Notes: generated from the sequence alone by a model not told the origin. Numbered from the stretch's first letter, positions 38,191 to 48,364 are shown. The stretch is DNA of 64,000 nucleotides from Gammaproteobacteria bacterium (GCA_035279405.1 DATEHU010000026.1:194147-258146); one strand, 5' to 3'. A program made the numbers and translations.

Positions 38191-38327
38191 GGTGCTACTC
38201 CAGGTGAAAACGGCTGATGATTATTGCTTCATCGGCAGCCACAAGCGGTGCCGACCCGTATCCCTGGGAAAGGATTCCTGGAACTGGTGCTTAGGGTGTC
38301 AAGGTATCACGAAAGTTCCGGGGCGGT

Positions 38328-38891
38328 TCAGAAATACAAGCGCAGGCGCGCACTCGCGGTGTTCCCGGTGACGCCGTTGTGACTGTAGCCCAGCCCGGCC
38401 GCCAGCCACGCGGTGGCATTGAACAGCAGCCCGAGGCTGACATCGTTGGAAGACTGGGTCAGCCAGTTGTGGCCAATGCTGCCGTCCAGTTCCACCCGCG
38501 GAGTGAACAAGTGCCGAAACCCGAACGCCAGCCGGTACCCGTTGTCGGTGCTGGAGGCGCCTGACACCGTGGCGCGATTGTCGAGATACAGGATGTCGGT
38601 AGTGAAATCCGTTTGCTCGCTGAAATTGCTGTCGCCGCGGATGCCGGCGGAATAATTGCCGTAGCGGATGTCAGGCGAGGATTGCGTGAGCCGGTCATAG
38701 CTGCCGATGATCTGCAGTTCGTTGTATGCAGTCCAGGAAAAATCCAGGACCGGCCCGTTGAGGGTGGAGCCTCCGGGAGTCGCCTGGCGCTGATAACCCA
38801 GCTCGGCGTAGTTGTAATTGAAGTTGCCGGCGGCCAGCGCCGTCAGTGGAAATAACAACGCACAGCAGCACAGCAAAGCGGATATCTTCAC
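38328..38891 (-). CDS. Small outer-membrane beta-barrel protein
   Basis: The start is GTG 38891 with RBS gggagg. The signal peptide is VKISALLCCCALLFPLTALA. The pattern is alternating and Tyr/Gly-rich, and the terminal residues are RLRLYF. The gene begins 13 nt after the gspF stop. Confidence 0.7.
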   Translation of the reverse strand: MKISALLCCCALLFPLTALAAGNFNYNYAELGYQRQATPGGSTLNGPVLDFSWTAYNELQIIGSYDRLTQSSPDIRYGNYSAGIRGDSNFSEQTDFTTDILYLDNRATVSGASSTDNGYRLAFGFRHLFTPRVELDGSIGHNWLTQSSNDVSLGLLFNATAWLAAGLGYSHNGVTGNTASARLRLYF

Positions 38892-38904
38892 GGCAGCCTC
38901 CCGG

Positions 38905-40119
38905 TCAGTGAACCATCTGGTCGAGATCGAAAATCGGCAGCAGAATGCCGAGCACGATGAGCAGCACAATCAGTCCCATGACCAGGATCAGCCCGGGCTC
39001 CATGATGCCAAGCATGGTGCCGGTCAGGGTTTCGAGTTCGCGCTCCTGGCTGATGGCGGCGCGTTCCAGCATGCTGTCGAGCTTGCCGCTGGCCTCGCCG
39101 CTGGCGATCAGATGCACCGCCATGGGCGGAAACAGGCCGCTTTTGGCGAGCGACTGGCTGATGGAAGCGCCTTCGCGCACGCGTGCTGCGGCTTCATCCA
39201 CGGCCTCGCGCATCGGCAGATTCACCACGACTTCGCCGGCAATGCGCAGGGCTTCGAGCACCGGCACGCCGCTGCCCGCGAGAATGCTGAGCGTGCGCGT
39301 GAATTGTGCGGTGTTGATGCCGCGCACCAGGCGCCCGAACAGCGGCAGGCGCAGCTTGTAACGATCCCAGCGCCGCCGCACGTCGGGTTTGCGCAGCATG
39401 CGGCGCCACACGAAGAACGCGATCACCAGGGCCACGATCAGCCAGATGCCGTAGGCGTGCAGGAAGTGGCTGACGGCGATCAGGGCGATGGTCAGGAACG
39501 GCAGCGTCTGGCCGGTGTGTGTATAGACTTCCGTGACGCGCGGTACCACGTACGCCATGAGCCCCGCGACCACCACGATCGCCATGACGGTGAGTAGTGC
39601 CGGGTAAATCATCGCCAGCAGCATGCGCTGGCGCAGCACCTGGCGGTTCTCCGCATAGTCGGCGAGCCGCTCGAGCACGCCGTCCAGGTGCCCGGTGTGT
39701 TCGCCAGCCGCCACGGTGGCGCGGAAAATCTCGGGAAACACGTGCGGAAATTGCCCCAGGCCGTAGGCCAGCGTGTGCCCCTCCATGACGCGTCCGCGCA
39801 CCGCAAGCAGCATGGTCTTGAGACGCGGCTTTTCACTTTGCTGCGAGGCCACGAGCAGCGCTTCCTCGACCGGCAGTGCGGAACGCACCAGTGTGGCCAG
39901 TTGGCGCGTAATCAACGCCAGGTCCGCGGCGCTGATGCCGCGCCGCCAGCCGAGGCCGATGCGGCCCCGGGCTTCGTGCTCGGCGGCCTGCGCCACCGCA
40001 AGTGGCGTCAGGCCCTGGTCACGCAATTGCTGGCGCACCTGACGCGGGGTGTCGCCTTCGAGCACGCCGCGGCGCTCGCGGCCGCGGTTGTCGATAGCGG
40101 TATATTCGAACGCGCCCAT
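38905..40119 (-). CDS. gspF: Type II secretion system inner-membrane platform protein GspF
   Basis: Track ORF trimmed to ATG 40119 (MGAFEYTAIDNRGRERRGVLEGDTPRQVRQQLRDQGLTPL). The T2SSF domain is duplicated and there are three TM segments. Confidence 0.9.
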   Translation of the reverse strand: MGAFEYTAIDNRGRERRGVLEGDTPRQVRQQLRDQGLTPLAVAQAAEHEARGRIGLGWRRGISAADLALITRQLATLVRSALPVEEALLVASQQSEKPRLKTMLLAVRGRVMEGHTLAYGLGQFPHVFPEIFRATVAAGEHTGHLDGVLERLADYAENRQVLRQRMLLAMIYPALLTVMAIVVVAGLMAYVVPRVTEVYTHTGQTLPFLTIALIAVSHFLHAYGIWLIVALVIAFFVWRRMLRKPDVRRRWDRYKLRLPLFGRLVRGINTAQFTRTLSILAGSGVPVLEALRIAGEVVVNLPMREAVDEAAARVREGASISQSLAKSGLFPPMAVHLIASGEASGKLDSMLERAAISQERELETLTGTMLGIMEPGLILVMGLIVLLIVLGILLPIFDLDQMVH

Positions 40120-40130
40120 GTCAGTAAGAA

Positions 40131-40158
40131 GTGAAGGGTGAGGGGTGAGGGGTGAGGG
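40131..40158. repeat. Heptanucleotide tandem array (GTGAGGG-type, 4 units)
   Basis: The array is gtgaagg gtgaggg gtgaggg gtgaggg, located immediately upstream of the gspF start. Confidence 0.95.
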
Positions 40159-40225
40159 GCAAGAACGTACTGAGAAGATACGAAAATACACGCGGGTTAA
40201 GCGCCGCGGAAAACCGTAGTTTTTG

Positions 40226-40293
40226 CGTCATATCCGCGAAAGCGGGTATCCAGGTTTTAAAACATTCTGGATTCCCGTTTATGCGGGTCTGAC
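40226..40293. repeat. Palindromic intergenic element, same family as 11124..11380
   Basis: The sequence is cgtcatatccgcgaaagcgggtatccaggttttaaaacattctggattcccgtttatgcgggtctgac. Confidence 0.7.
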
Positions 40294-40338
40294 AGAAATG
40301 AAATAAACCCGCACTACTCGTGCAGATATTCTTAAGCG

Positions 40339-40366
40339 CCTCACTCCTCACTCCTCACTCCTCACT
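40339..40366. repeat. Heptanucleotide tandem array (CCTCACT x4), inverted relative to 40131..40158
   Basis: The array is cctcact cctcact cctcact cctcact. Its last unit overlaps the gspE stop codon (cta, 40365-40367). Confidence 0.95.
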
Positions 40367-41897
40367 AGTCTTCTCTAGTAACCCGCAGGACTTCCTGGAT
40401 GCTGGTCTCGCCGGCTAGCACCAGGCGCCGGCCATCCTGGCGGATGCTGGGTGTCTTGGTGCGCGCGTAGCGCTCGAGTTCCTGTTCGCTGTTACCGTCG
40501 TGGATCATGCCGCGCGTGTGCTCGTCCACCACCACCATCTCGTAAATACCGGTGCGCCCGCGATAACCGGCACGGTTGCAGTGCTCGCATCCCTGCGGGC
40601 GATAGAGAGTCGGCGGCTGATTGCGCGGCAGATCCAGCGCCTTGCACTCGCGTTCGCCCGCCGCGTACGGCTGCTTGCACTCGGGACACAGGATGCGCAC
40701 CAGGCGTTGCGCTAGCATGCCGAGCAGCGAAGATGAGAGCAAAAACGGCTCTACGCCCATGTCGCGCAGCCGGGTGATGGCGCCCACCGCGGTGTTGGTA
40801 TGCAGCGTGGAAAGCACGAGATGCCCGGTGAGCGAAGCCTGCACCGCGATCTCGGCGGTTTCCAGGTCGCGGATTTCGCCCACCATCACCACGTCCGGGT
40901 CCTGGCGCAGGATCGCACGCAGGCCGCGCGCGAAGGTCATGTCCACGCGCGTGTTGACCTGCGTCTGGCCGATGCCGTCAATGTAGTATTCGATCGGATC
41001 CTCGACCGTCATGATGTTGCGGCTGCGGTCGTTGAGGCGCGCGAGCGCCGCGTACAGCGTGGTGGTCTTGCCCGAGCCGGTCGGGCCGGTGACCAGGATG
41101 ATGCCGTGCGGTACGTGGATGAGTTCGTCCACCAGCGTGCGCGTGTCCTCGGGCATGCCGAGGTGTTCGAGTTCCAGCCGTCCGGCCTGCTTGTCGAGCA
41201 GGCGCAGCACCACGCGTTCACCGTGGCCGGAGGGAATGGTGCTCACGCGCACGTCAATCGGCCGGCCGGCGATGCGCAGCGAAATGCGGCCGTCCTGCGG
41301 CAGGCGCTTCTCCGCGATGTCGAGCTTGGCCATGACCTTGACGCGCGATACCACCAGCGGTGCCACCGCGCGCCGCGACTCCAGTACCACGCGCAGCACG
41401 CCGTCCACGCGGAAGCGCACCACCAGGCGGTTCTCGAACGGCTCGATGTGAATGTCGGAGGCGTTTTCCTTGACCGCCTCGGTCAGCAGCGCGTTGATCA
41501 GCCGGATGATGGGTGCATCGTCCTCGCTCTCCAGCAGGTCTTCGGGTTCGGGTAGCGCCTGCGCCACGCTGAACAGGTCCACGTCCTCGTCCAGACCTTC
41601 CATCATCTGCATGGCGTTGTTGGTCTGTTCCTCGTAAGCCTGTTGCAGCAGCGCGTCGAATTCCTCGTTGCTAACCGCGCGTGCCGTGAGCGGCAGGCCG
41701 AGCACGCGGCGCGTCTCAAGCAGGGCTTCGGAGGTCACATCCTGCCGGTGCACCACGTGCGCGATGCTGTTTTCGACGGCCTCAACCAGCACGCCGTGGC
41801 GTTTGGCAAACGGGAACGGAATGCCGCGGACCGCGACCTGGGCTTCGGACAACCGCGGGCTGAGCGTGCCGGAATCGGAGTCGGGGGTGATCGCCAT
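40365..41897 (-). CDS. gspE: Type II secretion system ATPase GspE
   Basis: Walker A is [10 protein letters not shown]. Asp and His boxes are present. The tetracysteine motif is CPECK...CEHC. Confidence 0.93.
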   Translation of the reverse strand: MAITPDSDSGTLSPRLSEAQVAVRGIPFPFAKRHGVLVEAVENSIAHVVHRQDVTSEALLETRRVLGLPLTARAVSNEEFDALLQQAYEEQTNNAMQMMEGLDEDVDLFSVAQALPEPEDLLESEDDAPIIRLINALLTEAVKENASDIHIEPFENRLVVRFRVDGVLRVVLESRRAVAPLVVSRVKVMAKLDIAEKRLPQDGRISLRIAGRPIDVRVSTIPSGHGERVVLRLLDKQAGRLELEHLGMPEDTRTLVDELIHVPHGIILVTGPTGSGKTTTLYAALARLNDRSRNIMTVEDPIEYYIDGIGQTQVNTRVDMTFARGLRAILRQDPDVVMVGEIRDLETAEIAVQASLTGHLVLSTLHTNTAVGAITRLRDMGVEPFLLSSSLLGMLAQRLVRILCPECKQPYAAGERECKALDLPRNQPPTLYRPQGCEHCNRAGYRGRTGIYEMVVVDEHTRGMIHDGNSEQELERYARTKTPSIRQDGRRLVLAGETSIQEVLRVTRED

Positions 41898-41902
41898 GGA
41901 AC

Positions 41903-44014
41903 TTACACCGATGGCGGGTGCGTAGCCGCGGGCGGTGTGTGGTGGCTGGTGGCTGCGGGTGCCGCAGTCGTGTGGGTTGTGGCGGCGGGAGCGTGGGATG
42001 CCGGTGCAGCCGGACGGCTTGTGTTGTTGAAGTTCGGCAGTACCGGGCGCCGCTCCTGGGGCATGAGTTGCACCGGACCCTGATTACGCAACTGGATGTC
42101 GCGCAACTGGTTGTAGGTGCGGTTGGTGTACTGGTCCGCGGTCTCGGGATTGCGCAGGATGGTGGGCTGGATGAACAGCATCAGGTTGCTCTTGGTATTC
42201 GTGGTGCTGCGGAATTTGAACAGGTTGCCGAGCAGGGGAATGCTGCCCAGCACCGGCACGTGTTGCTCGGATTCGATGAGCTGATTCTCGATCAGGCCGC
42301 CCAGCACCACGATCTCCCCATCCTGGGCCATGACGCTGGTTTTGATCTCGCGCGTATTCGTCACCGGCTGGCCGCCGATGCTGGTGCCGGTGAGGTTGGA
42401 AATCACCTGGTCGATCTTCAGCAGTACGGCATTGCCTTCGTTGATTTGCGGCGTGATTTTGAGTTCCAGGCCCACGTCCTCGCGCTGTACCGTCTGGAAC
42501 GGATTGATGACCGGGGTGCCGGCGGTGCCGGTACCGCTGGTGTTGGTGTACTGGCCGGTCACGAACGGCACCTGCTGGGCCACCTTGATGTCGGCTTCCT
42601 GATTGTCCAGCGTCACGATGCTGGGTGTGGACAGGATGTTGGTGTCGGAATTGCCGGCCAGCGCATTGATGAGTGCCGCCCAACTGAATCCGCCGGTGAC
42701 GATCTTGCCGACGCCGAGCGTCAGGCCCTGCGGCAGCCCGATGCCGGGCGCACCGGTGGTGCCAAGCGCACTGCCCGTGCTGGCGCCCGCGCGTGCGGCC
42801 AGCGCCTGCTGCGCCAAGCCGCCGATGCTCGGGCCGGTGTTGCTGAAATCCGTGATGCCGGCGGCACCGGCGTTGTTCAGGGCGTCCGCCACCCAGGTGA
42901 TGCCGAGTTGTGCCGACTTGTCCGAGGTGAGTTCCGCTTCGATAGTCTGGAGCAGCACCTGCGCGCGGCGGATGTCGAGCTTGGCGATCACGTCTTCCAC
43001 GGCATGCATGATCTTGGGCGGCGCGGTGATTACCAGCGCATTGGTGCGCTCATCCGGAATCAGCGACACCTGCGGTTCAGTGGCGCCCGCGCCGGCGGCT
43101 CCGGTTTTTGCCGCCGACTGTTTTTGCAGATCCTGGACGAAGCTCTTGAGTTCGTCGGCGATGTCCTTGGCCTTGGCGTAACGCAGGTAGATCACCTGGG
43201 TATTGCCGGTTTCCGTCGGCGTGTCGAGCCGCGCAATCAGCGCGCGGATGCGCAAGCGGTCATTCTTGTCGCCGCCCACGAGAATACTGTTGGTGCGCGT
43301 GTCGGCCACGAGTTTCAGCGGCGGTCCGGCTTCCGCACCTTGCTGGTTCTGCAGCAGTGAATTCAACACCTGCACCACGTCGCTCGCCGAGGCGTTCTGC
43401 AGCGGGATCACTTCGACTTCGCTGGACGTCGGCTGATCGATGCGCTCGATGATATTCAGCAGCCGCGTGACGTTGCTCGCGCGGTCGGAAATGATGAGCA
43501 TGTTGGAGGCCGGATAGGCCGCAAGCTGCGCTTCGGTGGACATCAGCGGTCTGAGCACCGGCACGAGTTGCGCCGCGGACACGTTGTTGATCTGCACCAC
43601 GTCCGTGACGATCGCGTCACCCGGCGTACCGGAGTTGAAGCTGGATCCCGGCATCTGGCGCGCTTCGAGCGCTGGCACGATCTTGATCATGGCGCCGGCT
43701 GGCACCGCGGCCAAGCCGTGCACCTGCAGCATGGACAGAAACGTCGCGTACACCGCATCCGCGCTGATGGGCTTGCTGGAAATCACCGTGACCCGGCCCT
43801 GCACGCGCGGATCAATGATGAAATCCTTGTGGGTGATCTGGCCGATGGTAGCCGCGACTTCACGGATGTCGGCATCCTTGAAGTTGAGCGTGATGCCGGC
43901 GTTCTGGGCATGCACCGCCGCGGCTGTGCACAGCAGCAATCCGATGAGCAGGGCATGCAGCCAGGAGAGGGGATGACGGCGGTAGGCGCGCGGAAGTTTC
44001 GGCACGGTAGTCAT
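41903..44014 (-). CDS. gspD: Type II secretion system secretin GspD
   Basis: The protein has a signal peptide, N0-N3 domains and a secretin domain with [18 protein letters not shown]. The C-terminal tail is Thr/Ala/Pro-rich. Confidence 0.92.
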   Translation of the reverse strand: MTTVPKLPRAYRRHPLSWLHALLIGLLLCTAAAVHAQNAGITLNFKDADIREVAATIGQITHKDFIIDPRVQGRVTVISSKPISADAVYATFLSMLQVHGLAAVPAGAMIKIVPALEARQMPGSSFNSGTPGDAIVTDVVQINNVSAAQLVPVLRPLMSTEAQLAAYPASNMLIISDRASNVTRLLNIIERIDQPTSSEVEVIPLQNASASDVVQVLNSLLQNQQGAEAGPPLKLVADTRTNSILVGGDKNDRLRIRALIARLDTPTETGNTQVIYLRYAKAKDIADELKSFVQDLQKQSAAKTGAAGAGATEPQVSLIPDERTNALVITAPPKIMHAVEDVIAKLDIRRAQVLLQTIEAELTSDKSAQLGITWVADALNNAGAAGITDFSNTGPSIGGLAQQALAARAGASTGSALGTTGAPGIGLPQGLTLGVGKIVTGGFSWAALINALAGNSDTNILSTPSIVTLDNQEADIKVAQQVPFVTGQYTNTSGTGTAGTPVINPFQTVQREDVGLELKITPQINEGNAVLLKIDQVISNLTGTSIGGQPVTNTREIKTSVMAQDGEIVVLGGLIENQLIESEQHVPVLGSIPLLGNLFKFRSTTNTKSNLMLFIQPTILRNPETADQYTNRTYNQLRDIQLRNQGPVQLMPQERRPVLPNFNNTSRPAAPASHAPAATTHTTAAPAATSHHTPPAATHPPSV

Positions 44015-44913
44015 CTCGGTGGGCCGTTGGGGCTCTGTAATGAAAGGATGCGGGTTTGCTGCTGGCCGTTGCGTATGAAGGTAATGGATACCTGATCGGA
44101 GGTGCGGATGTTGTTCAGCACCTGCAGGCTCTGCGCCGGGTTGTCCAGCGGCATGCCGTTGACCGCGGTCACCACATCGCCGGGGTCGAGCCCGAGCTTG
44201 GAAAACGCGTCGGAGTTGCCCACCGGGAACACCCGATAGCCCGTGAGCTTGCCGTCCTCCATCACCGGCATGGCACGCATCATGTCCATCAGGCGCTCGG
44301 GGTGGCTGACCAGTTCATTGCGTAACTGCAGGAGATTTTGCGTCGCCGGAAGGCTGCGCCCGTAAACCACGGGCGGTACGCCGGGCGTCGTGAAGCCCGC
44401 GTCCGCAGCGCCCGAGCTGCCGCTGAATTTCGGCAGGCTCAGCGTCTGGGTGCGACCATTGAGGTTCAGCAGCACGTGATCCGGATATACGGATTGCAGC
44501 CGCGCGCCGCCCGGCAGTTGCGCGCCGACGGCATACATCTGCCCGACACCGTTCGAGGCGATGATGGCCAGGGATTGTTTCATGTCCGGGTTGGCGGCCA
44601 CCACGCCGCTCAGGGTCAAATTCAGCGTGGTCTCGGGCGCGTTGGTGACGGCGTTGCCGCCGGCCACGCCGAACAAGTGCAGCGCGGCGGCGGCATCGAG
44701 ATTGGCTGCGGGGGTGGCGGGCACTGACGTCTTATATATAGGTGCGACGGATTGCGGGCGCGGCAGCAGCGCCCAGGTCAGCTGCGCCAGGGTCCAGGCG
44801 ATGAGCACGCCGAGGATCACGCTCAGCCAGAACGGCAGGCGGTGTTCCAGCGCCGGCCACCAGCCGTGCATGAGCGCACTTGCGTCTGCCATGCGCAGGT
44901 TGTTCAGTTGCAT
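44011..44913 (-). CDS. gspC: Type II secretion system protein GspC
   Basis: Track ORF trimmed to ATG 44913. There is a single TM segment (LPFWLSVILGVLIAWTLAQLTWAL), an HR domain (LTLSGVVAANPDMKQSLAIIASNG) and a C-terminal PDZ-like segment (GLDPGDVVTAVNGMPLD). The gene overlaps gspD by 4 nt. Confidence 0.8.
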   Translation of the reverse strand: MQLNNLRMADASALMHGWWPALEHRLPFWLSVILGVLIAWTLAQLTWALLPRPQSVAPIYKTSVPATPAANLDAAAALHLFGVAGGNAVTNAPETTLNLTLSGVVAANPDMKQSLAIIASNGVGQMYAVGAQLPGGARLQSVYPDHVLLNLNGRTQTLSLPKFSGSSGAADAGFTTPGVPPVVYGRSLPATQNLLQLRNELVSHPERLMDMMRAMPVMEDGKLTGYRVFPVGNSDAFSKLGLDPGDVVTAVNGMPLDNPAQSLQVLNNIRTSDQVSITFIRNGQQQTRILSLQSPNGPPR

Positions 44914-45157
44914 GATGCTGTCGAATCTTTGCGGCTCATGACCGGGAGCAGCTGCGGGCAAACGGCCCTGAGCTGCGGCTGCATCATACTGACAGGGCTG
45001 GCCGTGCCTCAAGGGCCACCGGCGGCAGTGTGGCCTGAGCGCAGGTTTCGGCAGTCATTTCCGGCTGCTGACCGGGGATGAGGTTGCGTTTCCGGTTGCG
45101 CCCGGACCGTTCGTCGTTACGGCTGCCCGCCGCGGGAAATCGGGCTAAAATCAGTCC

Positions 45158-45481
45158 ATGAGCGAGGAACGGCAGGACACTGAATATCAGCGCGGCTTGG
45201 TGGTCGAGGAGGTCAAGCCGCGCCTCAAGAAACCGCCGCTGTACAAGGTGGTGCTGCTGAACGACGACTACACCCCGATGGAGTTCGTGGTCGAAGTCCT
45301 GCAGACCTTCTTCCGCCTGGATCGCAGCCGCGCCACCCAGATCATGCTGCACGTGCACACCCGGGGCAAAGGCGTGTGCGGTGTATTCACCTACGAAATC
45401 GCCGAAACCAAGGCTGCACAGGTGAACGACTACTCGCGCGAACACCAGCATCCGCTGCTCTGCACCCTGGAGGAAGCTTGA
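45158..45481 (+). CDS. clpS: ATP-dependent Clp protease adaptor ClpS
   Basis: The sequence is [27 protein letters not shown]. The gene is directly upstream of clpA. Confidence 0.93.
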   Translation: MSEERQDTEYQRGLVVEEVKPRLKKPPLYKVVLLNDDYTPMEFVVEVLQTFFRLDRSRATQIMLHVHTRGKGVCGVFTYEIAETKAAQVNDYSREHQHPLLCTLEEA

Positions 45482-45483
45482 GC

Positions 45484-47772
45484 ATGCTCAGCAAGGAACT
45501 GGAATTCTGTCTGAACACCGCCTTCAAGGAGGCGCGTGCCAAACGTCATGAGTTCATGACCGTCGAGCACCTGTTGCTGGCGCTGCTCGACACGCCGCGG
45601 GTGGCCGAGGTGCTGCGTGCCTGCGGCGCCGACATCCAGTCCATGCAGCATGAGCTCACGCGTTACATCGACGAGAACACGCCGCGCCTCGATCAGCCCG
45701 ATCCGGACGTGCAGCCCACGTTGGGTTTCCAGCGCGTATTGCAACGCGCGGTGTTCCACGTGCAATCCTCCGGTCACAAGGAGGTCTCGGCGCTCAACGT
45801 GCTGGTGGCGATTTTCGGCGAGAAGGACTCCAACGCGGTGTATCTGCTCGGCCGTCAGGGGATCACGCGTCTCGACATCGTGAACTGCATCTCGCACGGC
45901 ATTTCCAGAATCCACGAGGACGAGGCTCCCGCAAGCACCACGGAATCCGGCGACGAGGAGGGCGAGGCCGGCGCCAAGCCCGGCCGCACGGCTTTGGAGA
46001 TGTACGCCAGCAATCTCAACCAGCGTGCCAAGGAGGGCCGGATCGATCCGCTCATCGGCCGCGAGCACGAAATCGAGCGTACCGTGCAGGTGCTGTGCCG
46101 GCGCCGTAAGAACAATCCGTTGTTCGTGGGCGAGGCCGGAGTCGGCAAGACCGCCCTGGCCGAGGGTTTGGCGCTGTTGATCGTCGAAGACCGCGTGCCG
46201 GAAATCCTGCGCGACAGCACCATTTACGCGCTCGACATGGGCGCACTGATCGCCGGCACCAAGTACCGCGGCGATTTCGAAAAGCGTCTCAAGGGCGTGA
46301 TCACCGAACTCAAGAAGGATGCCGGCAACATCCTGTTCATCGACGAAATCCACACCGTGATCGGCGCGGGCTCGGCCTCCGGTGGCGTCATGGACGCGTC
46401 CAACCTCATCAAACCGGTGTTGCAGAACGGCGAAATCAAGTGCATCGGCTCGACCACCTATCAGGAATACCGCGGAGTGTTCGAGAAGGACCGGGCGCTC
46501 GCGCGGCGCTTCCAGAAAATCGACGTGCCGGAACCGACGGTGGAGGAGACCGTGCGCATCCTCAAGGGGTTGCGCCACAAGTTCGAGCAGCATCATGCAG
46601 TCAAATATCCCGCCAAGGTGCTGGAGAAGGCCGCGGAGCTGGCCGCGCGCTATCTCAACGACCGGCACCTGCCGGACAAGGCTATCGATGTGATTGACGA
46701 GGCCGGCGCCAACATGCGCCTGCGCCCGCCCGGCAAGCGCCGCAAGACCATCAGCGTGCAGGATGTCGAGGAAATCGTCGCCAAGATGGCGCGCATTCCG
46801 GCCAAGAGCGTGTCGGCTTCCGACAAGGAGGGCCTGCGCAACCTGGAACGCGACCTGAAGCTGGTGATCTACGGGCAGGACAAGGCCATCGAGACCCTGG
46901 CGACGGCCATCAAGACCTCGCGCTCGGGCCTCGGCCCCGAAACCCGGCCCATCGGCTCGTTCCTGTTTGCGGGTCCGACCGGCGTCGGCAAGACCGAGGT
47001 CACCAAGCAGCTGGCGCTGATCCTGGGCATCGAGTTCCAGCGCTTCGACATGTCGGAGTACATGGAGCGCCACACGGTATCGCGCCTCATCGGCGCGCCG
47101 CCCGGCTACGTGGGCTTCGATCAGGGTGGCCTGCTGACCGATGCGATCCTCAAGCACCCGCATTGCGTGTTGTTGATGGACGAAATCGAAAAGGCCCACA
47201 ACGAGGTGTTCAACCTGCTGTTGCAGGTCATGGACCACGGCACGCTCACCGACAACAACGGCCGCAAGGTGGATTTCCGCCACGTCATCGTCGTCATGAC
47301 CACCAATGCCGGCGCCCAGGACATGGCGCGCCCGTCCATCGGCTTCACCCAGTCGGACAACACGCCGGACGGCATGGAAGCCATCCGCCGCTTGTTCAGC
47401 CCGGAATTCCGCAATCGCCTCGACGCCATCATCCACTTCAACAGTCTGGATGCGCGTACCATCGCCAAGGTGGTGGACAAGTTCGTGATCGAGCTGGAGC
47501 ATCAGTTGGAGCAGAAGGGCGTGGCGCTGGAAGTGGACGAAGCCGCGCGCCGGCTGATTGCCGAACGCGGCTACGATGCGAAGATGGGCGCGCGTCCCAT
47601 GGCACGCGTCATCCAGGAACACCTCAAGAAACCGCTCGCCGAGGAATTGCTGTTCGGCAAACTTGCCGGCGGCGGCCGCGTACACGTGGGAGTCAACAAC
47701 GGCGAGTTCGATATCGCCGTGGAGCCGTCAGCGGCCGTCCCGGCAGAAGCGCATCCGGCCGAAGCCGAATAA
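45484..47772 (+). CDS. clpA: ATP-dependent Clp protease ATP-binding subunit ClpA
   Basis: Track ORF trimmed to ATG 45484 (MLSKELEFCLNTAFKEARAKRHEFMTVEHLLLALL). The two AAA+ Walker A motifs are GEAGVGKTA and GPTGVGKTE. Confidence 0.95.
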   Translation: MLSKELEFCLNTAFKEARAKRHEFMTVEHLLLALLDTPRVAEVLRACGADIQSMQHELTRYIDENTPRLDQPDPDVQPTLGFQRVLQRAVFHVQSSGHKEVSALNVLVAIFGEKDSNAVYLLGRQGITRLDIVNCISHGISRIHEDEAPASTTESGDEEGEAGAKPGRTALEMYASNLNQRAKEGRIDPLIGREHEIERTVQVLCRRRKNNPLFVGEAGVGKTALAEGLALLIVEDRVPEILRDSTIYALDMGALIAGTKYRGDFEKRLKGVITELKKDAGNILFIDEIHTVIGAGSASGGVMDASNLIKPVLQNGEIKCIGSTTYQEYRGVFEKDRALARRFQKIDVPEPTVEETVRILKGLRHKFEQHHAVKYPAKVLEKAAELAARYLNDRHLPDKAIDVIDEAGANMRLRPPGKRRKTISVQDVEEIVAKMARIPAKSVSASDKEGLRNLERDLKLVIYGQDKAIETLATAIKTSRSGLGPETRPIGSFLFAGPTGVGKTEVTKQLALILGIEFQRFDMSEYMERHTVSRLIGAPPGYVGFDQGGLLTDAILKHPHCVLLMDEIEKAHNEVFNLLLQVMDHGTLTDNNGRKVDFRHVIVVMTTNAGAQDMARPSIGFTQSDNTPDGMEAIRRLFSPEFRNRLDAIIHFNSLDARTIAKVVDKFVIELEHQLEQKGVALEVDEAARRLIAERGYDAKMGARPMARVIQEHLKKPLAEELLFGKLAGGGRVHVGVNNGEFDIAVEPSAAVPAEAHPAEAE

Positions 47773-47846
47773 CTTTCCTGCTGCCGCTGTGTTTGACTTG
47801 CCCCGCGATACGCTATCGCGGAGCCGGATGCGTCCCCGGGTAAACT

Positions 47847-48083
47847 TCAGAAAGCCGGCACCAGGTGCAGGTCGCCGATTTTCCCGCTTGTGTCGAACGT
47901 CACACACAGGCCGACGATCTGGTTCTTGAATTGCGTATTGACGATGACGTTGGTGCAGCCGCCCAGGTTGACGGTCTTGGTGCCGGTGACCTTATGATAG
48001 GCGCCGCCTTGCAGCACGAGTGCCTGCCAGAACTCCTGCAATTTGCCCGGTATGCATCTGCGGTAAACGCGCATGCCTGTCAT
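47847..48083 (-). CDS. Hypothetical 78-aa protein translationally coupled to infA
   Basis: The ATG overlaps the infA stop (AAATGA on the minus strand, 48080-48085). GC is about 52% by my count of one 60-nt stretch, lower than the flanks. I recognise no family. Confidence 0.45.
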   Translation of the reverse strand: MTGMRVYRRCIPGKLQEFWQALVLQGGAYHKVTGTKTVNLGGCTNVIVNTQFKNQIVGLCVTFDTSGKIGDLHLVPAF

Positions 48084-48298
48084 TTGCCGCGGTAGGTGAT
48101 GCGGCCTTTGGTGAGATCGTAAGGGGTCAGCTCGACCGTGACGCGGTCGCCGGTGAGGATGCGGATGTAGTGCTTGCGCATGCGCCCCGAGATGTGCGCC
48201 AGGACCACGTGGCCGTTGTCCAGTTGCACGCGGAATGTGGTGTTGGGCAGGGTCTCGACGACCTTGCCTTCCATCTCGATGTTTTCTTCTTTCGGCAT
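48080..48298 (-). CDS. infA: Translation initiation factor IF-1
   Basis: Track ORF trimmed to ATG 48298. The sequence is [53 protein letters not shown]. Confidence 0.95.
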   Translation of the reverse strand: MPKEENIEMEGKVVETLPNTTFRVQLDNGHVVLAHISGRMRKHYIRILTGDRVTVELTPYDLTKGRITYRGK

Positions 48299-48364
48299 AC
48301 GTTCCCGGATCCGCGGCCCTTTCAAGGCGCGCAGATTCTGCCGGAATCCGGCGCGGACTTCAAA

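Noticed and set aside
40131-40366. Whether the heptamer arrays are a CRISPR array
   Set aside because: The units are only 7 nt and contiguous, with no spacers. The two arrays are inverted relative to each other. There are no cas genes in the window.
45430-47685. 751-aa minus-strand ORF
   Set aside because: It is antisense to clpA (both Walker motifs lie on the plus strand). Its composition is Ala/Arg/His/Gln/Leu-rich and it has no motifs. It is a shadow ORF.
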